Positions 57,996 through 64,000 of a DNA stretch of 64,000 nt are shown here, piece after piece. The notes under the pieces are model-generated. The model had not been told where the DNA came from. It saw only the letters and a list, made by a program, of their open reading frames with translations, and searched no databases. Positions within the stretch are counted from its first letter, which is position 1. Each line of letters opens with the position of its first letter. The position numbers and the translations under genes were made by a program. Source of the DNA: the human T2T-CHM13v2.0 reference genome, Homo sapiens; assembly GCA_009914755.4 (NCBI GenBank), contig CP086569.2:61664001-61728000 (forward strand). Reading direction: 5' to 3'.

Positions 57996-60900
57996 CAAGG
58001 CAATCAAATGGAATGGAATAAAAGAGAATGAAAGAGAATCAAATGCAATTGAATCGAATGGAATCGAATGGATTGGAAAGGAATAGAATGGAATGGAATG
58101 GAATTGACTCAAATGGAATGGACTAGAACGGAATGGAGTCGAATGGAAGGCAAAGGAATGGAATCTATTGGAATGGACTGTAATGGAATGGCATGGAAGG
58201 GATTGGAATGGACTCGAATGGAAAGGACTGCAATAGAAAGGATTCGAATGGAATGAAAAAGAATTGAATGGAATAGAACAGAATGGAATCAAATCGAATG
58301 AAATGGAATGGAATAGAAAGGAATGGAATTAAATGGAATGGAAAGGATTCAAATGGAATGCAATCGAACGGAATGCAATCGAATGGAATGGAATCGAACG
58401 GAATGGAATAAAATGGAAGGAAACTGGCAAGAAATGGAATCGAAATGAATGGAGTGTTATGGAACGGACTCAAAAGGAATTGAATGTAATAGAATGGAGT
58501 GGAGTGGACTCGAATATAATGGACTGGAATGGAATGGAATCACATGGAATGGGAACGAATGGAATGGAATGGAAAGGAATGGAATCGAATGGAAAGGAAT
58601 CAAATGGAAGGGAATGAAATTGAATCAACAGGAATGGAAGGGAATAGAATAGAGTGTAATGGAATGGACTCGAATAGAATGGACACGAATGCTCAAATTG
58701 GATGGACTCGAATGGAATGGAAACGAAAGGAATGTCATCGAATGGAATTGAATCGATTGGAATGAAATGGCATAGAATGGAGTGGAATGAAATGGAATTG
58801 AATCGAAAGGAAAGGAAGCGAATGGACTGAAATGAAATGGAATGGAATTGAATGGAAAGTAATGCAATGGAATAGAATGGAACGAAATTTCACGGAATGG
58901 AATCAAACAGAATGGAATCAAATCAATGGAATATAATCAAATGGAATGGAATGGAATGGAAAGGAATTGAATGGAATAGATTGGATAGGAAGGGATTGGA
59001 ATGCAATGGAATGGAAAGGACTCGAATTTCATGAAACGGAATGGAATGAATTGGAATGGAATGGACTCGAATGGAATGGAATGTCATGGAATGGCATCAA
59101 ATGGAATGGCATCGAATGCAATGGAATGTTATGGAATGGAATGGAATGTATTGGAATGGAATGTCCTCTAATGGAATGGATTCGAGTGGAATGGAATCGA
59201 ATATAATGGAGTCGAATGAAATGGAATTGAAAGGAATGGGATCGAATAGAATGGAATATACTGGAATGTAATGTAATGAAGTCGAATGTAATTGACTGGA
59301 ATGGAATGTACATGAATGGAATGTAATCGAATGGAAAGTAATCCAATGAAATAGAATCTAATGCAATAAAACCGACTCAAATGGAATAGAATGTAATGGA
59401 ATGGAGTGCAGTGCAATGGAATGGAATGGAATGGAATGGAATGGAGTGGAATGGAATGGAATGGGATGGAATGGTATGGAATGGATAGTAAAGGACTGGA
59501 GTGAAATGGACTGTAAAGGAATGGACTCCAATTGAAAGGGCTCGAAAGGAATGGAGTCAAATGGAATGGTCTGGAATGGAATGAACTCGAATGTAATGCA
59601 ATCCAATAGAATGGAATCGAATGGAATGGAATATAAAGAAATGGAATCGACGAGAATGGAAACAGATGGAATGGAATTGAAAGGAATGGAATTGAATGGA
59701 ATGGGCATGAATGGAATGAAATTGTATGGAATAGAAGAGAATAGAATGGAATGCAATGGATAAGAAAGGAATGGATTGGAATGGAAGGGAATGTAGTGTA
59801 ATGGACTGGCATGGAATAAACTGCAATGCTACGGACTCAAATGGAATAAAAATGTATGGAATGGAATGCCATGAAACGGAATCGAATGTCATAGAATGTA
59901 ATGGAATGCAAAAAAATGGACTCCAAAATCATTGACTGGAAAGGCTGGGTGTCGAAAGGAATTGACTCCAATGGAATGGAATCGAATGGAACGGAAGTGA
60001 ATAGAATCGAACTAAATCGAATGGAATGGAATTGATAGGAACGGAATGGAAAGGAATGGAATGATTTGGCATGGAATGGAATCGAATGGACTCGAATGGA
60101 ATGGAATGGAATGCAATGCAATGGAATGTATTAGAATGTAGTGAACTTTAATGGAATGAACTCGAATGGATTCGACTGGAATGGAATGTTCTGGAAGTGA
60201 ATGGACTCCAATGGAATGGATTCAAAAGGAATGGAATCGAAGGGAATGGAATCTAATGGAATGGAATGAAATGGAAAGGAATCAAATCGAATAGCACGGA
60301 ATTGAACTGAATGGAATCGAATGCAATGGAATCTAATGAAACGGAAAGGAAAGGAATGGAATGGCATGGAATGGGCTGGAATGGAATGGAATCGAAACGA
60401 ATGGAAAGGAATCGAACTGAAGAGACTGGAATGGAATGCACTGGCATGGAAGGGAGTTTAATGGAAGGTTCTCGAAAAGACTGGAATCGAATGCAATGGA
60501 ATTGAATGGAACGGATATAGAGTCAAATGGAATTGAATGGAATGGAATGGAGTAGAGTGAAATGGAATCGAGTCACAAGGAATGGACAGGAATAGAACGG
60601 TCTCGAATTGAATGGAATCGTATGGAATGGAATTCAACGGAATGGAATGGACAGCCACGGAATGGAATGCACTCGAATGCAATGGACTCGAAACTAATGG
60701 ACTGGAATCGAATGGACTCGACTGGTACGGACTCCAATGGAATGGAATCGAATGGAATGGAATCGAACGGAATGGACTCGAAGTGAAAAGAGTGCAATGG
60801 AAAGGTCTCGAATGGAATGGAAATTAATGCAATGGAATGGAATCGAATGAAATGGAGTCAAAAGGAATGGAATCGAATGGCAAGAAATCGAATGTAATGG

Positions 60901-61514
60901 AATCACAAGGAATGGATGTGAACGGAACGGAATGGAATGGAATCAAAAGGAATGGAATCGAATGGAATGGACTCGAATGGAAATGACTCGAATAGAATGG
61001 AATTCAACAAAATAGAATCAAATGAAATGGAATGGAATGGAAAGGAATCGAAACGAAAGGAATGGAGACAGATGGAATGGAATGGAACAGAGAACAATGG
61101 TATATAATGGAATGGAATCATATGGAATGGAATTGAATGGAATGGAATAATATAAAATGGAATGGAAAGGAATGGAATGCACTTGAATTAAATGGACTGG
61201 AATGGAATGGACTCGAACGGAGTGGAATGGAAAGGATTGAAATAGAATGGAATGGACTCCTTTGGAATGGTCTAGTATGCAATGCAAACGACTGGCAGGG
61301 AATCAAAAGGAATGTAATCGAATGGATTGGCCTGGAATCAATGGACTCGAATACATTGGAAACGGAATGCAATGGAATGGAATGGAATAGTATGGAATGG
61401 AACGGAAAGGAATGAAGTAAAATGGACTAGAGTGGAATGTAATGGACTCGAAAGCAATGGACTGGAATGGAACGATCTTGAATGGACCGGAATCAAACGG
61501 AAAGGAATGCAATG
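57996..61514. repeat. HSat3/DYZ1-type HOR copy, right array (3519 bp)
   Basis: The phase-start string caaggcaatcaaatggaatggaataaaagagaatg occurs at 57996 and 61515. Confidence 0.8.
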
Positions 61515-64000
61515 CAAGGCAATCAAATGGAATGGAATAAAAGAGAATGAAAGAGAATCAAATGCAATTGAATCGAATGGAATCGAATGGATTGGAAAGG
61601 AATAGAATGGAATGGAATGGAATTGACTCAAATGGAATGGACTAGAACGGGATGGAGTCGAATGGAAGGCAAAGGAATGGAATCTATTGGAATGGACTGT
61701 AATGGAATGGCATGGAAGGAATTGGAATGGACTCGAATGGAAAGGACTGCAATAGAAAGGATTCGAATGGAATGAAAAAGAATTGAATGGAATAGAACAG
61801 AATGGAATCAAATCGAATGAAATGGAATGGAATAGAAAGGAATGGAATGAAACGGAATGGAAAGGATTCAAATGGAATGCAATCGAATGGAATGCAATCG
61901 AATGGAATGGAATCGAACGGAATGGAATAAAATGGAAGGAAACTGGCAAGAAATGGAATCGAAATGAATGGAGTGTTATGGAACGGACTCCAAAGGAATT
62001 GAATGTAATAGAATGGAGTGGAGTGGACGCGAACATAATGGACTGGAATGGAATGGAATCACATGGAATGGGAACGAATGGAATGGAATGGAAAGGAATG
62101 GAATCGAATGGATAGGAATCAAATGGAAGGGAATGAAATTGAATCAACAGGAATGGAAGGGAATAGAATAGACTGTAATGGAATGGACTCGAATAGAATG
62201 GACACGAATGCTCAAATTGGATGGACTCGAATGGAATGGAAACGAAAGGAATGTCATCGAATGGAATTGAATCGATTGGAATGAAATGGCATAGAATGGA
62301 TTGGAATGAAATGGAATTGAATCGAAAGGAAAGGAAGCGAATGGACTGAAATGAAATGGAATGGAATTAAATGGAAAGTAATGCAATGGAATAGAATGGA
62401 ACGAAATTTCACGGAATGGAATCAAACAGAATGGAATCAAATCAATGGAATATAATCAAATGGAATGGAATGGAATGGAAAGGAATTGAATGGAATAGAT
62501 TGGATAGGAAGGGATTGGAATGCAATGGAATGGAAAGGACTCGAATTTCATGAAACGGAATGGAATGAATTGGAATGGAATGGACTCGAATGGAATGGAA
62601 TGTCATGGAATGGCATCAAATGGAATGGAATCAAATGGAATGGCATCGAATGCAATGGAATGTTATGGAATGGAATGGAATGTATTGGAATGGAATGTCC
62701 TCTAATGGAATGGATTCGAGTGGAATGGAATCAAATATAATGGAGTCGAATGAAATGGAATTGAAAGGAATGGGATCGAATAGAATGGAATATACTGGAA
62801 TGTAATGTAATGAAGTCGAATGTAATTGACTGGAATGGAATGTACATGAATGGAATGTAATCGAATAGAAAGTAATCCAATGAAATAGAATCTAATGCAA
62901 TAAAACCGACTCAAATGGAATAGAATGTAATGGAATGGAGTGCAGTGCAATGGAATGGAATGGAATGGAATGCAATGGAGTGGAATGGAATGGAATGGGA
63001 TGGAATGGTATGGAATGGATAGTAAAGGACTGGAGTGAAATGGACTGTAAAGGAATGGACTCCAATTGAAAGGGCTCGAAAGGAATGGAGTCAAATGGAA
63101 TGGTCTGGAATGGAATGAACTCGAATGTAATGCAATCCAATAGAATGGAATCGAATGGAATGGAATATAAAGAAATGGAATCGACGAGAATGGAAACAGA
63201 TGGAATGGAATTGAAAGGAATGGAATTGAATGGAATGGGCACGAATGGAATGAAATTGTATGGAATAGAAGAGAATAGAATGGAATGCAATGGATAAGAA
63301 AGGAATGGATTGGAATGGAAGGGAATGTAGTGTAATGGACTGGCATGGAATAAACTGGAATGCTACGGTCTCAAATGGAATAAAAATGTATGGAATGGAA
63401 TGCCATGAAACGGAATCGAATGTCATAGAATGTAATGGAATGCAAAAAAATGGACTCCAAAATCATTGACTGGAAAGGCTGGGTGTCGAAAGGAATTGAC
63501 TCCAATGGAATGGAATCGAACGGAATGGAAGTGAATAGAATCGAACTAAATCGAATGGAATGGAATTGATAGGAACGGAATGGAAAGGAATGGAATGATT
63601 TGGCATGGAATGGAATCGAATGGACTCGAATGGAATGGAATGGAATGCAATGCAATGGAATGTATTAGAATGTAGTGAACTTTAATGGAATGAACTCGAA
63701 TGGATTCGACTGGAATGGAATGTTCTGGAAGTGAATGGACTCCAATGGAATGGATTCAAAAGGAATGGAATCGAAGGGAATGGAATCTAATGGAATGGAA
63801 TGAAATGGAAAGGAATCCAATCGAATAGCACGGAATTGAATTGAATGGAATCGAATGCAATGGAATCTAATGAAACGGAAAGGAAAGGAACGGAATGGCA
63901 TGGAATGGGCTGGAATGGAATGGAATCGAAACGAATGGAATGGAATCGAACTGAAGAGACTGGAATGGAATGCACTGGCATGGAAGGGAGTTTAATGGAA
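61515..64000. repeat. HSat3/DYZ1-type HOR copy, right array (partial, runs off window)
   Basis: This copy is near-identical to 57996-60480. Its ORF pairs are offset by 3519 or 3534. Confidence 0.8.

Larger units (their letters stand above)
51508..64000. repeat. Second HSat3 (GGAAT)n / DYZ1-type array, same orientation as the left array but a diverged sub-family with 3519-3573-bp periods
   Basis: It resumes at ggactctttggaatggtctagtatgcaatgcaatcgactggcaggg, which corresponds to left-HOR phase ~3270. The anchor ORF (MDWKGIEWNGMELTQMEWTRTEWSRMEG...) recurs at 58068 and 61587 (period 3519). Other ORF pairs give periods of 3519 or 3534. Confidence 0.85.

Overview
This window is eukaryotic (primate, almost certainly human) constitutive heterochromatin, not a gene-bearing or prokaryotic locus. 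It has three satellite blocks. (1) Positions 1-26795 hold a (GGAAT)n Human Satellite 3 array organised as a ~3549-bp higher-order repeat (HOR). There are 7 full copies and 1 partial copy, and they appear ≥98-99% identical by eye. This matches the DYZ1 repeat of Yq12. (2) Positions 26796-51507 hold an array of ~2410-bp units. Each unit has an antisense near-full-length Alu (~298 bp), a ~565-bp non-satellite segment of unknown origin, and a ~1.55-kb extremely AT-rich core. This matches DYZ2 / HSat1B of Yq12. The block has 9 full units and 2 partial edge units, with the same Alu present in 10 of them. (3) Positions 51508-64000 hold a second HSat3/DYZ1-type array in the same orientation but of a different sub-family. 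Its periods are 3519-3573 bp and it looks a few percent diverged from the left array. It begins with a rearranged unit that carries a 620-bp GGAGT-rich divergent block. The window therefore spans a complete DYZ1 to DYZ2 to DYZ1 alternation with both junctions at base resolution. All ORFs in the six-frame track are artefacts. The pentamer GGAAT and its complement ATTCC have no stop codon in any frame, and GGAATGG supplies ATG codons every 5 bp. I call no CDS, no RNA genes, no CRISPR array and no protein-coding system of any kind. The points worth a second look are structural. They include the two satellite junctions and their HOR phases, and the two DYZ1 sub-families flanking the DYZ2 block. 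They also include traces of multi-unit duplications and stepwise variant gradients inside both arrays, and one rearranged HSat3 unit. Periods, coordinates and identity estimates were derived by eye from recurrent anchor strings and the ORF track, with no alignment run. Boundaries are good to about ±5 bp.
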